Below are positions 63,856-64,000 of a DNA stretch of 64,000 nt, one piece after another. The notes under the pieces are model-generated. The model saw only the letters and a list, made by a program, of their open reading frames with translations, was not told where the DNA came from and made no database searches. The first letter of the stretch is position 1. Each line of letters starts with the position of its first letter. Position numbers and translations under genes: made by a program. Source of the DNA: Oopsacas minuta (taxonomy: Eukaryota > Animalia > Porifera); contig JAKMXF010000354.1 of the NCBI GenBank assembly GCA_024704765.1, positions 171,690 to 235,689 of the forward strand, read 5' to 3'.

Positions 63856-64000
63856 TGAATAATCTAAATTTAGAGAGTAAGATAGTTGGATAAATATTAT
63901 AAATACATATCACATGCATATGAACGCTCTATGTTGCAGTCCAACTGCGAAATTTGGTCATTCCGGAATGGGCCAATTTATGTCATTTTAAAAACAATAT

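Overview
A eukaryotic, AT-rich, gene-dense and intron-poor animal genomic window. The compact, intron-poor architecture suggests a non-bilaterian such as a glass sponge; this is inference and is not provable from the sequence alone. I find about 20 protein-coding genes. On the + strand: a WD40/SOCS-box TULP4-like gene, YIPF6 (5' exon not found), a DUSP12-type zinc-binding-domain ORF, a CRAL-TRIO gene, ECHS1 with a Pur-repeat ORF nested in its intron, ATP2C1, a ~2,350-aa adhesion GPCR, SNAPC3, TPR, TAF8, FBXO21, BAG6, an acid phosphatase, NUBP1 and TRDMT1/DNMT2. On the - strand: a TRAF-like gene with an internal hydrophobic segment, WDR27, TRNAU1AP and a divergent HORMA-domain gene. Intergenic DNA and introns carry many small non-autonomous DNA transposons (TA-flanked CAGT-ended MITEs, a GATC-rich hAT-type MITE, Helitron/HINE-like pieces) and a foldback-like structure around a 10-bp-unit minisatellite. 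The strongest leads are: (i) 16 of the first 17 genes are co-oriented, most with an acceptor-like AG just before the ATG and one gap of only 78 nt, which suggests trans-spliced or polycistronic expression; (ii) same-strand nested genes; (iii) an adhesion GPCR with five unrecognised ~248-aa ectodomain repeats; (iv) a TRAF-like protein with a predicted membrane span ahead of its MATH-like domain. No rRNA, tRNA or CRISPR array was seen. All homology calls come from motif recognition by eye; no searches were run.
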